From positions 1 through 36,840 of IMG/VR virus record IMGVR_UViG_3300014656_006064: 36,840 nucleotides of DNA; one strand, 5' to 3'. Source of the DNA: a virus. Its lineage: Duplodnaviria; Caudoviricetes. The notes beneath the pieces were generated by a model. It was not told the DNA's origin. It ran no database searches and worked only from the letters and a program-made list of their open reading frames with translations. A program made the position numbers and the translations under genes. Of this stretch, positions 1 to 10,200 are shown piece by piece (position 1 is the stretch's first letter; each line of letters starts with the position of its first letter).

Positions 1-243
1 CGGAGATACATGGACATGAGCAGGCTCAACGGCATGGTCACCGTCGAGATCCTGGACGCGTAGCCCGCGATAACCGGATGGGGGCGCCGCCGCAAATGTG
101 CGAAAGTATGTTGACGTTATCATCCCCGCCAGTCCGCCAAGGATTGCCGCCAGCAGGCGCGCGCGGTCCCGCTGGTGTTCCGCTTCGATGCCTCGTAGGA
201 TCGCGTCCACGACCCGCTTCTCAGCCGCCTCGCGCTCAATCAT
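1..243 (-). CDS. Hypothetical protein, runs off window edge (MIEREAAEKRVVDAILRGIEAEHQRDRARLLAAILGGLAGMITSTYF...)
   Basis: Manual translation; ATG at 243 overlaps the end of the upstream ORF; no stop before position 1; one hydrophobic segment. Confidence 0.45.
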   Translation of the reverse strand, partial: MIEREAAEKRVVDAILRGIEAEHQRDRARLLAAILGGLAGMITSTYFRTFAAAPPSGYRGLRVQDLDGDHAVEPAHVHVSP

Positions 244-586
244 CCGGGCGGCCTCGGAGTCCGCGTATTGCTGAATCGATAGCGCTAACGAGAATCGCAA
301 TTCGCTTGCTTCGGTCTGTAGTCCTTCCAGCAATCTCGATAGCTTCTCCGAGTCCTCGGCTGATTGAAGCAGCTCGTCCTTGAGACTCGTCCAGGCTGAG
401 TCGAAGCTCTCCCATGGATCGGTCGGCTGACTCTCGGTACTGGCTGAATTCGGCGTTGACGACAGCGATAGCGGCGGCGCTTCTGATGCGCTCGTCTCTT
501 GTCCCCATACGGTACGCGCCGAAAAGAGCGCCACCAAGAGAAAGAGTGCCACAAGCCACCAGGATGACGATTGATCGTGTCTGCAC
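236..586 (-). CDS. Membrane-anchored coiled-coil protein, Rz/i-spanin-like
   Basis: 3' part of ORF 236..1180; GTG at 586 follows a G-rich RBS just after the endolysin stop; N-terminal TM (IVILVACGTLSLGGALFGAY) then helical region; sits directly after endolysin. Confidence 0.55.
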   Translation of the reverse strand: MQTRSIVILVACGTLSLGGALFGAYRMGTRDERIRSAAAIAVVNAEFSQYRESADRSMGELRLSLDESQGRAASISRGLGEAIEIAGRTTDRSKRIAILVSAIDSAIRGLRGRPDD

Positions 587-597
587 ATGGAGCCCCC

Positions 598-1266
598 TTA
601 CATTCCGAAGAGTACTTGCGACGAGTAGAATCGCCGCGGATGGCCGGTCAGGTAGTCGATCCGGTCGCAAATGAAATCGTTGATCCGCTCGACCTTCCGC
701 GCGATCCGCTGTGCAGCGTAGGCCATGAGCGGTTCGCCTTTGAAGCCCTGGCCGTCGCAGTATTCGACCACCTCCGCATCCGCATAAGGATCCGCGTACC
801 CGAGGCCGATCTTCTTCTCGAGAACGAGGTCGAGAGCCGGACAGGTGCGCTCCTGGGATACGATCTCGGTATGGGTGTGCCGGCCGTCTGCTCCTGCGAC
901 CTTTCCAGCGCGGCCCGCCTCGCCGAGGTACATACCGGCGTGGATCGGATAGCCGGCGCGGATCATGTGCATGACCGGCTCGTCGATCTCCTCGAAATGC
1001 CCGATGCGGATGTCGAATCCATATGGAGTCGAGAGGGTGAAGAGGTTCCCGAAACGCTCGGGGTAATCCTTCTTGAAGGTCGCCATGCCGCGGAAGGGAG
1101 AGTACACGGGGCCGGGGCCGCGGTCGACAGCGGCGTGAAGGCGGAGCTCGTCGAATGTTCCATCGAGGCCGAAGTCGCATGTGAAGGCGGCTCCGACGCG
1201 GAATTTCACGGCGGGGAAGTCTAGGCCATTACCGCCGTCACGGACAAGCTCGTCGTACTCTTTCAT
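598..1266 (-). CDS. Endolysin, M23-family metallo-endopeptidase
   Basis: HxxxD (LHAAVDRG), FGNLF..IGHF, AGMYLGEAG and HxH (RHTHTEI) motifs of M23 peptidases; flanked by membrane proteins. Confidence 0.75.
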   Translation of the reverse strand: MKEYDELVRDGGNGLDFPAVKFRVGAAFTCDFGLDGTFDELRLHAAVDRGPGPVYSPFRGMATFKKDYPERFGNLFTLSTPYGFDIRIGHFEEIDEPVMHMIRAGYPIHAGMYLGEAGRAGKVAGADGRHTHTEIVSQERTCPALDLVLEKKIGLGYADPYADAEVVEYCDGQGFKGEPLMAYAAQRIARKVERINDFICDRIDYLTGHPRRFYSSQVLFGM

Positions 1267-1272
1267 GGTATC

Positions 1273-1521
1273 CTACTTTCCGGCGCGGGCTTCCGCCTGC
1301 GCCTGCCAGCCCTTCGCCCCGAGCGCGGCCGCGATGAGACCTGAGCCTGAAGCGGCGAGGCCGAGAGCGATCGTCCCGAGTTCTGGACGGTTCAATGCGA
1401 TCATCGCCCCGGTTGACGCGACGCTCGCGGCAATTAGCGCGGCGCCGGCCCGGAGTGAGACGGCGACCCCGACGCGCATCATGGATACTACGCCAGGCGA
1501 TTCTTCGTATTCGGTAGTCAT
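1273..1521 (-). CDS. Putative holin (two TM segments)
   Basis: Start refined to ATG 1521 (GAGGGGAG RBS, ATGA overlap with upstream stop); 82 aa, two hydrophobic helices, basic C-terminus. Confidence 0.6.
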   Translation of the reverse strand: MTTEYEESPGVVSMMRVGVAVSLRAGAALIAASVASTGAMIALNRPELGTIALGLAASGSGLIAAALGAKGWQAQAEARAGK

Positions 1522-1877
1522 GCTCCCCTCCGCAATAGTTCGTCGAGCTTCGGCTCGATCCGTTCCAAGCGGTCGCATACCGCCTTGAGCGATGCGGCCA
1601 CTTCGATGATTTCGCCCTTCATGTCGTTTCTGGCTTCATAGAGTTCGGCGAAACGGGCATTGTCATGGTTGCGATCTTCGACCACTCGTTCGCTGAGAAC
1701 CTTGAGCTGTTCCTTGGTAGCGAGTCCATCAAGGCATGTCTCAAGCGAGTTCGCCTTTTGTGCCGTATCTTCGACACGGGCCTGTAGTGTACCGACGCGA
1801 ATACCGATGATAACGAGGCTGCCGATTCCGCCGCCTACTCCGATAATAGCCAAGGTGATCGACAGCCACGTTTCCAT
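1518..1877 (-). CDS. Membrane protein with N-terminal TM and coiled coil (holin/antiholin-like)
   Basis: AAGGAG RBS; hydrophobic residues 4-28; heptad-rich remainder; first gene of lysis cassette. Confidence 0.55.
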   Translation of the reverse strand: METWLSITLAIIGVGGGIGSLVIIGIRVGTLQARVEDTAQKANSLETCLDGLATKEQLKVLSERVVEDRNHDNARFAELYEARNDMKGEIIEVAASLKAVCDRLERIEPKLDELLRRGA

Positions 1878-1888
1878 TTATTTCTCCT

Positions 1889-2518
1889 TTACGGGTACAG
1901 TCTGCCGGCGATGACGTACTCGCCGTTGCCGTCTGATCGGGCTTGGGTCTCGAAGATATCCCGCCTGATAATGAATTCCTCTTCGGTTAGCGGATGCTCT
2001 TCGTACAGAATCACGCCGTCGGCGGTGACGAGATACAGCGCGTACTTCTCATAGACAGGCCGCTCATCGACGGTAGGAATGGGGGCGGGCGGGATATTGT
2101 CAACGTACAGGACACCTCCGTCGCATTGGGCCTGATACCGCCATATATCGCGTCGTTCCACAAGGTCGACCCGGGGCCAGTCCAGGTATTCTGAGAGTAT
2201 GGCATGAGTGTCGCGTGTTACGATCCAGGCATCGACGTTCGGGGCTTCCTCGATGGGTATGACCTCCTCGCCCTCGACGAAGAATCGCTGGTCGTCGGTA
2301 TGAGTCGAATTGTAAATATCGACGGACTCCTTGAGAGCGTCAGCGCTCGTTAAGTCTCGGGCACTTGCGATGTACTCCTCGGCTACGATTTCCCATGCGC
2401 TCGTGTAGACGCGGACGTTTGGGACAGGAGCAGGCGGGTTGTCCGGTTCGACTACTGGGGGAAGGGGTTGAGTGCAAGCCGCGAAGGCCAGCACGAGAAG
2501 GAACAGGAACTTACGCAT
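1889..2518 (-). CDS. Lipoprotein with internal ~55-aa repeats
   Basis: Start refined to ATG 2518 (GAGGAG RBS): MRKFLFLLVLAFAA-C lipobox, Pro-rich linker, repeats RRDIWRYQAQCDG / RRDIFETQARSDG. Confidence 0.75.
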   Translation of the reverse strand: MRKFLFLLVLAFAACTQPLPPVVEPDNPPAPVPNVRVYTSAWEIVAEEYIASARDLTSADALKESVDIYNSTHTDDQRFFVEGEEVIPIEEAPNVDAWIVTRDTHAILSEYLDWPRVDLVERRDIWRYQAQCDGGVLYVDNIPPAPIPTVDERPVYEKYALYLVTADGVILYEEHPLTEEEFIIRRDIFETQARSDGNGEYVIAGRLYP

Positions 2519-2774
2519 CGGGGTTCTCCTCGATAGATTGATTTTCGACCACTTCTGCGGTCGTAGGAATGGCATCGGGATCGTCTTCTGTGGCGGCAAG
2601 AGGCGGAAATTCGAAGGGCTTGTCGCCCGAGTACGGCTTCCACGCATCGCCGCCTCTACCTCGGCACTCGACCTCGTACATGCTCCATCGCTCGTATGCG
2701 TCGGGCTGGTTGTCGTAGGATTCGGCGCCTTCGATTTCTTTCGTGGTCTCGTTGTAGATACAAACATGGATCAT
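2511..2774 (-). CDS. Small acidic hypothetical protein downstream of tail fibre
   Basis: AAGGAG RBS, tight packing with neighbours. Confidence 0.7.
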   Translation of the reverse strand: MIHVCIYNETTKEIEGAESYDNQPDAYERWSMYEVECRGRGGDAWKPYSGDKPFEFPPLAATEDDPDAIPTTAEVVENQSIEENPDA

Positions 2775-2786
2775 CTTGGTTCTCCT

Positions 2787-4286
2787 TTATGCGACGTATT
2801 TAACGGCCCATAGATACTCGTGTACGCCGAGAGTTCGCGGGTCGGTGGTTTTGCCGGTGCGGGGGGTGCCGTTTTGGTTGTCGGTGATAATCGTACCAGC
2901 GTTAGTATTGGCGCTGCCTAAAGAAACAGCGGAAACCGCCGATCCAGATGAGGCGTTGTTGGTTTCGACATTCCATGTTACGCCCTGACGTATTAGCGTA
3001 TGCCAGTGCCCCTGTCCTCTATCCATCTTCCTAAACCCGCCGATCACTTCCCCGCCTGCGTCTCCCGCGATTACGCCGACAAAGCCGGACGATTTCCATA
3101 TCCTTGCGTTGGTCGATCCTGCGATCCGATGGGTGTAGACGATAGCGGTCTGCGCTCCGGTAGCTGGCGAGCCTGAAACGGTGGCGACTCGGGTCACGAG
3201 ATTGATCCCGGTTATCGCGTAGCTTATTCCGGCGATATCAAGGCTTCGCTGGGTCGCGGCCGTCGTGAAGTCTGTACCGTTGGCGAAGTTCGCAGGCTCG
3301 CCCGTGTTGAGGTAGTTCGAGACGATAGCGTCCTCGGTGATCGCCTTGAGGAGGGCGTTCGCGGCGGGTGTGTTCGGGAAGGTAACACTCGACCCCGACA
3401 CGGTGACGGCGTGGTCGGTGACGCCGAGTACCTTGGCCTTGATTCCGCGAAGGTAGGGGTTGGCGAGAGGATAATGAGCGAGGGAAATATCTTGGTCGAT
3501 ATTGAGGGGGATGACCGGGTTGTACTCGTCGCCTGACATTGACGAGGCGGCGTAGTCTACCGGAAGAGACTCGGCGATCATGGGAACGAGTTCGCCGAGC
3601 TTGTGGCGGTCGGCGATATTCGCGGCCCAGTTGAGCTTCGGAAGGTCGTTAATATCGTAGGTCAGTCCCTTGCTCTCGATGAAGGCCTTCATCGCAAGAT
3701 GCGCGGCGACGGCTCCCTGTAGCGCGAGGGTGGCCTGAGCCTCGGCCGCGTTCGCATCGTCGAGGACGGCCGCCATGTACGGGCTGACAGGGTACGGCCC
3801 GGCGCTTCCAGCTATGGCTATCGGGTCGCCATTAGCTCCGAAGGCAAGATACTTCGACGCTCTATCTTCCGCGCTCGGCATGTCGGGAGAGTTCGACGGG
3901 TCGGAGACCGGGAAGCGCACGATGCGCCCGACTACCTCGTCGATCTGCTGGGTGAGGGCGACCGATCGGTCGACCATCGTTTCATAGACTTCGGCGGCCT
4001 GAATGCCTCCGTCGATGAGGTCTGTCCCTTGCGACAATTCCATCTCGCGGTATATCGTGAGACGGTTAGCGGTCGGCCATGTTCCGATGCGGGTCAGGGT
4101 TCCCCCGGCCCCCGGGGAGGATACGCTGAAGTCCGATCCCTCCACGAGGTCTACGTCTCCCGAGGAGGTCGAGAGAACCGCCTTGACTTCGGAAGATACC
4201 CAAAACTTGAAACTGAACGGATAGCTCGCTACCGCTCCCCCGGATAGGTCGAACTGTACCTTTGTTGGTGTAGGTCCGAGGCTCAT
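2787..4286 (-). CDS. Tail fibre protein
   Basis: N-terminus resembles the T7 gp17-type adaptor domain (YPFSFKF..DFSV..LTIYRE..DRSVALTQQ); C-terminal QGHWH...GTPRTGKTTDPR fibre-tip motif. Confidence 0.85.
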   Translation of the reverse strand: MSLGPTPTKVQFDLSGGAVASYPFSFKFWVSSEVKAVLSTSSGDVDLVEGSDFSVSSPGAGGTLTRIGTWPTANRLTIYREMELSQGTDLIDGGIQAAEVYETMVDRSVALTQQIDEVVGRIVRFPVSDPSNSPDMPSAEDRASKYLAFGANGDPIAIAGSAGPYPVSPYMAAVLDDANAAEAQATLALQGAVAAHLAMKAFIESKGLTYDINDLPKLNWAANIADRHKLGELVPMIAESLPVDYAASSMSGDEYNPVIPLNIDQDISLAHYPLANPYLRGIKAKVLGVTDHAVTVSGSSVTFPNTPAANALLKAITEDAIVSNYLNTGEPANFANGTDFTTAATQRSLDIAGISYAITGINLVTRVATVSGSPATGAQTAIVYTHRIAGSTNARIWKSSGFVGVIAGDAGGEVIGGFRKMDRGQGHWHTLIRQGVTWNVETNNASSGSAVSAVSLGSANTNAGTIITDNQNGTPRTGKTTDPRTLGVHEYLWAVKYVA

Positions 4287-7200
4287 TGCTTATCTCCTTT
4301 CCCCTCGATGAGGGAGCCTAGATTCTTTGCATACTCTTCAATCGCGAGAGTCGGCATTCCGGTTGCGAGTCCCACGCCCTCGGCGAAGTTCTGCGCGGCC
4401 TTTTCTATATCGCCCTTGCTGAGTGAATCGAATCCCTGAATGATCGCCGAGACCGTGGGGAGGGTGTCCTCGCCGAACGGCAATCGCTTGTCGCCCGAGA
4501 CCATGCGCTTCATGACGCCAGTAAATTCCTGCCCGATGAGCGGGACCGAATCGGTGAACTGGGTCATGGAGTAGAACAGCCATTGCCTCCACCATTCGTC
4601 GGGGTCATCGGGGGGAGGGTCTTTCCCGAGGCTCTTCGCGAAGGCGCCGAGGAGCGTCCCGGCGATGGCGTAGGAAGCAACGATACCGATGGCCTGACCG
4701 TATTCCTTTTCGCGGATGGCCTTCGGGACGCCATGGGCGATGTTGTTGTAGACGGTGTTCAGGGACGAGGTGAACATGAGCAAGATACGTTTCCACTCGT
4801 TCATATCGCGGTAGATAGGGGCTAAGTCTGCGGGGTTCGCGGATGGCTGAGTCTGGAAGGTGATGTCGTCGGCCTTCTTGATCGCGTCTTCTTCTGTCGC
4901 GCCGGCGGCGAGCTCCTTGTCGTAGACGCCTTTCCAGCCTATCGCGACGCTGATTCGGTCGGCGAACTCAAGGCCCTTCATGCCCGTGGTGCCGATCTTC
5001 TTGATGAGCCCTTCCCAGCCTTCCGCGTCCATCGCCTTGATCGCCTCGAATAGCTGGTCGATGGTGCGGGATTGAAGCATTTCGCTCTTGCCTTCGATCT
5101 CCTCGATGAACTTGAGCATGTGGCCCGATCCTATGGCCTCAAAGGCCGCGGCGAGGGTTTCCTTCGGGGCGTAGGCCATGTACGGGAGGGGCGAGGTGAT
5201 AAGCTGCTTGACGACGCTCGTCCAGCGGAACGCGAGGAAGCCGACGGCCTGGTATCCGCGGAGCTTCTTCAGGGCTTTGTCTCCTGGGGTATGGCCGCTT
5301 GAATCGCCGTCGGCGCTGGCGATTGCGCCGATGTACTTGTCGACGTACTCCATGCCGTCCTTGCCGTAGGTCTGTATGATTCCCTCGCGGACGGCCTTCG
5401 ATAGTTGCTGGTTCTGGTAGACCGCGTGGAGCTTCTTCACGTAGGCGCCGTAAGCTATAAGGTGCTCCTGGGTATCCACGGCGTCCTCGAACATGGATAC
5501 GATGTCCATGACGCGGACAGGGCTTTGATGCTCGGGGGCGATGTTGATACGCGCGATGGTGAAGCCGGACTCGGGGTTGACGACGAATCCGTACTTGGCT
5601 TTCATCGAGTCGATGATCGAGTCCTTCTGCGACTCGAAGTACGCGCCCTCGCGGTACAGGGGCGAGTAGTTCTTCTCGGGCTTCATTTCCTCGTTCGTCA
5701 GTTCGATGACGGCCTTGTTCTGCCTGTCGAATTCCGCGCTGCCGAAGCCCTCGGCGATCATGTCGATGATCTCTTTCTCGCCAGTGGTGAGGTTCTGGTC
5801 TATCGCTCTGGTAAGCTTCAGGTACTTGGCGTCGCCGTTGGCCTGCAGGAAGTCGCGGGTCATCTTCGTGCGCTCATGCTCGGAGAATAGATTCCCGTAG
5901 ATAAACGCGGCCCGGCCCTTATCGTTTCGGAGGAGGAGGGAGACGTGAGCGAGGCGCGCGGCGCTCATCGTGACATCGGTCGCGCCCGGGCCGATGCCGG
6001 GAATTGTGATTTTCCGCTGACGCTCCTTCTGCGTCATCTTGAGCTCGCGCATACGGGTCTGCACCTTGCGGAGCCTGCGGACCTTTTCCCGTTGCTTCTG
6101 GCGGCGCGCCTCGTACTCATCCTTGACGAGGAGCTTCGTATTCACTCCTTCAATTCCGTTGTCCAGGAGCGGAGCGAAGTAGCGCATTTTCATCGCCGGA
6201 AGCTCCCAGGTCGCGAAGCCTTCCATCTTCTTTCGGATGGCCTTCTCCTCCTCGGAGCCATGGGCGGCGGGCGCTTTGTACCGCTTGTTCTTTCTGATGC
6301 CGTTCTCGATTTCGTACCGATCCGCGGAGGCCTCCCGGTTCTCCATCATCTTCTTGAGGTCATAGGCCTCTCGGCCTTCCTTGGCGATGCGGTCGATTAT
6401 GGATCGAAGGTCTTGCAGTTCGGCTAGGGTCCACGCGGAGAAGGGCTTATCGTTGATCCGGTCGACGGTCTCGTTCGTGAGGATCTTTATAAGGCTCGGA
6501 GACTCGCGGAGGAGCATCGAGAGCGCGGCCTTCATGTTCTCGGCCTGTACGGTGGTATACCGGGGGACCTTGTGCTTCTTCCCGTCCTCACCGACTACCG
6601 TGTCGTAGGCGCGTCGTCGGCGCTTCTTCCCGGTGTCGTCCTGCTCCTCGATGTACTCCCATTTCTTCGATCGTAGGTATTCCTGAATCGTGAGGATTTC
6701 CTGACGCTTCTCCCATATGATGTTCTTCGCGGGCTTCTTCATGATCGCCCTGCGGTTCGCGTCCCGCTGCGCCCGGAGCTTCGCGGTCGCCCGTATCTCG
6801 GCGGCTACGAAGCGAGCCTGGAATGCGGCCTCCTTACGGGCCTCGTTCAGGGCGGCGAGGTATTCCTTCTTGGCGATCTTCGCGGAGAGCTTGGACTCGT
6901 CGCGCGCGGATCCTAGGGCTTCCACGTAGGCGGACTTCGCGGCCTCGACGCGCTCCTTGGCGGCCTTGACCTTCGCGAGCTCCTTGCCCTTCGACTCGAG
7001 GGCCTTGGCCGCGGTCTTGGATCGGTCGTACATCTTGAGAGCGAAGTCGCTCTCTGCTTCGAGCTTGCCGCCCAGCTTCTCTATCTCGGCCTTCGCGTCC
7101 TCGGATTCCTTCGTGAGGAGTTTCTTGGACTCCTCGAGGCGGCGCACGTAGTCGGAGAGGTAGTCGTCATCGTACTCGCCAGCCTTGATCCGGTCGCGGA

Positions 7201-10200
7201 CTTCCTTATCGCTGATGTTGTTGAGGAGCGCGGTACGCTCGGCGATGGACATATCGGCGTATCGCTCGAGCTTCGGGTCGGGGATAGACTGTAGCTTCTC
7301 GCGCCCGGCTTCGGCGTACTGCGCGAGGTCGAGGTCGCCGGTCAGCTCGGCATAGAGCGCGGCGAATTCTATCTCATTGTGGCGGATATAGGTCAGGATA
7401 GCTTTACGGGTCGAGGGGGAGAGCTTCTTTCCTTGGCCTACGGACTGCGCGGACAGAAGAACAAGCGGGTGATCCGCGAGGCGCCGGGAGAGCTCGACCT
7501 TCCATTCCTCGGATTTCTCGATCTCGGCCTGTTCCTCCTCGTCCATAGCTTGACCCACGTCGAACGCCTGAACCTCGGCGTCCCATATCGAGGCGAGGAG
7601 ATTTTCAACTCCCCCGGCCTTCGCCATGCTCGCGGCGAATTCTCCTCGTCTGGCTTCCTTCCGGGCCTCTACGCGCTTGCCTGCCGCTTCCTCTTCGGCC
7701 TTGGCGCGTACCGCCTCCCAACGGGTGCGATACCAGTCGTCGAGGTCTTTCCCTTCAAGGTCGCCGGGACGGGCCTGCTCGGTAATCCATTCGGAGGTCG
7801 CCTCCTCGTCGGCCTTCCATGCCTGCCAGGTATCGTATTTGGCAGCCTCAGCGTTGATGGACTCGTCGTCGAGCTGGAAGAGGGTCGTATCGTCGAATTC
7901 TTCCTCAAACAAGAAATCGGGCTTGACGCTGCGGATAAGCTCTACTATTCTATTCCTATGGGGTTCATGCCCCACAGAAGAAGCCGCCGCCCCGGATTCG
8001 ATAAGCCGGTCAGCCGCGGCTTCTTTCTTTTCAACTTGCCAGTTCTTGAGCTGGTCAAGCTGTTCTCGGCCTTGATAGACCTGAGTCGTCAAGGTCACAA
8101 ATCTTGGCTCCCCGTCGAGCTCGATCCATGCCGCATAATGTCGAGCCTCATGAATACGCTTAACATCTGGCTTGCGATTTTTCTCCGCATCCAGAAATAT
8201 CGCTTTTTCAACGATCTCCGGCAGGTCTGAAACAATGGCGGCGGTATCGCGCTTGGCAAGGTGTTGGGACACCTTCTTAGCCGCGCTGATCACGAGCTCC
8301 ACCTCGCGCCCGGTATCTCTATTTACGACGTTGCTGAAGGTGCGGAACCTCTCAACCATCCATCGCCGAACGTCAGAAGTAGCCGTGGGAAGCCTGGGGG
8401 TCGTGACTCTAATTGGATCCATTTCCTCGATCCTGCCAACGGTCTCCTCGTCAAGCTGGAACAGTACTACGGCATCTTCCGTCGCTATATTCTCGCTCGA
8501 ATACGGGGCGATGGCTTCACACTGCTCGGGCGACAAGCCCATTCGAGAGGCCGCGTCGCGGGCTTCGATCTCGCCGGCGGTGTTCCAATACATATCAAGA
8601 CCGACAATCCCGGTTTTCCCTTGAAGTTCTTGAATACGTGGAATAATTAGCTGGCGCTCATTCATTAAGGCGTTATACTTTTTCGTGTCGCTTTTCTTAT
8701 CTGCTTCTTTCATGGCAGCATTCAATTCATCAACTAGTTCGTTTAGGCGCTTATATTCATCTCTGAATTGTTTTGGATCGGAGCCACGAGAAAACCCTTC
8801 GATATCCTGAATTGCATGCTGCAGTTCATGGATAATGGTTTTCTTTGCTTCTTCTCGACTTGTTGCACTGATGCGTAGTTCTGCTTCCCGCCCTTTATAG
8901 GTCAAATCGCTAGGAACGGCTCTAGTATACGATCCCCTTGTGGTTGGCTCTGATTCGGTCTTTTCAAAACGGGTAAGTAGTTTTCGTAGTTGAGGGTACT
9001 TCTTGAAGAGAGTCGGGAATACTATGAGGTTTTCTAGTTCATCCCAAGTATCCCCCCAAGGCTTTTTTATCGCCAGGCGGCTATCAGTTTCAAGCCTCCA
9101 CTTCCCGTCGTACTTACCCTTGAACCATCCGGTCGCAAGGCGGATGGTCTCGCTGTCCTTCTCGGACTGCGCCATTTCCTTGGCGACCGATAGGTTCTGC
9201 CGCTCGATATCGTCGAGCTCGGCGCGTTCACCGATGTACTGGAAGAGGATCCGTGGATCGTTTGAATCCCAGGTGCCGCGATTGCCTATAGATTTTATTT
9301 GCTCCGGGTCAAGGGCTACATATTGGTCGTTCGGCCCGCCGGCGATATTGGCATCATAGGTTGTTCCTTTGATCAGGATACCATCATACCCTTCTGACCT
9401 TAGCTTTTCTCGGTAATTTTGAAGCGCCTCCTCTGGGTTCTGTAGAACCATCCCCAGCCCGCCAATATTTGCTTCTCTGGCGGTTTGTCCTGCGTGTTCA
9501 TATATGTCTGTCTTAAACTGTTGGTAGGGGTCGCCATATTGATGCTTGGCAATCTGCCCTTCTATGGTTTTCTTTTTTTGGTGTAGTTTTTCTATCTCGA
9601 CCTTTTTGCTCTCATATTCTTCTTTGGTGATTTTCTCGAATACGAGGGCATTCCACCCATATTGATTCGTGAGGGTTTTCGCCTCGTCAACAATCCCTTT
9701 TATCTGAGCCTCAAGTTCGTTAATCAGCGATTCATTAGGTTCTACGACTTCAAATACTTTGGGGTTCTTGATTGAAAGATAGACCGAGAGGATGTTCGGC
9801 TTTCTGTCTCCATACCAAAGCCCCTGAATAAATCTTTCCGCGAATTCTCTTTGGGGCGTGAACCAGAATCCAACGCCTGCCACCGTGTTAGACTGCCCTG
9901 CCTTTAAGGGGTCAAAAGCTTCAATCTCTGAGGTTGTCCCGTGATACATGACGAGCGGCTTGCCCTCGGAGTCCACGACTTTCGAGTCTCCGAACCAATT
10001 CTTGAACGCCTCGCTGTCTATGGGGTCGGCCTTCTGGAATAGCACTTCCTCCTTGCTCTCCTGCTGTACCGCTATGGCGTCTCTCGGGCCTTCTTGCTCC
10101 TCCGCTATGACCGACGTGCTGGCGGCCTCCTGTAGGGGCGATACGTCGCTCTTGAACAGTTCGTCCATGACCGCCCGGATACGGGGGTCTATGTCTGCTT

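Noticed and set aside
1-63. + strand reading RRYMDMSRLNGMVTVEILDA-stop as the end of a convergent gene
   Set aside because: Too short to judge and overlaps an open minus-strand frame; needs flanking sequence
587-1180. 5' extension of ORF 236..1180, and similar Arg-rich ORFs such as 16415..17551, 21404..22144 and the 5' extension of the portal ORF
   Set aside because: Shadow frames of GC-rich genes with no motifs or RBS, unlike the nested methyltransferase ORF
2787-4286. Diversity-generating retroelement, given the BPP-1-like head genes
   Set aside because: No reverse transcriptase and no TR/VR repeat pair seen in the window
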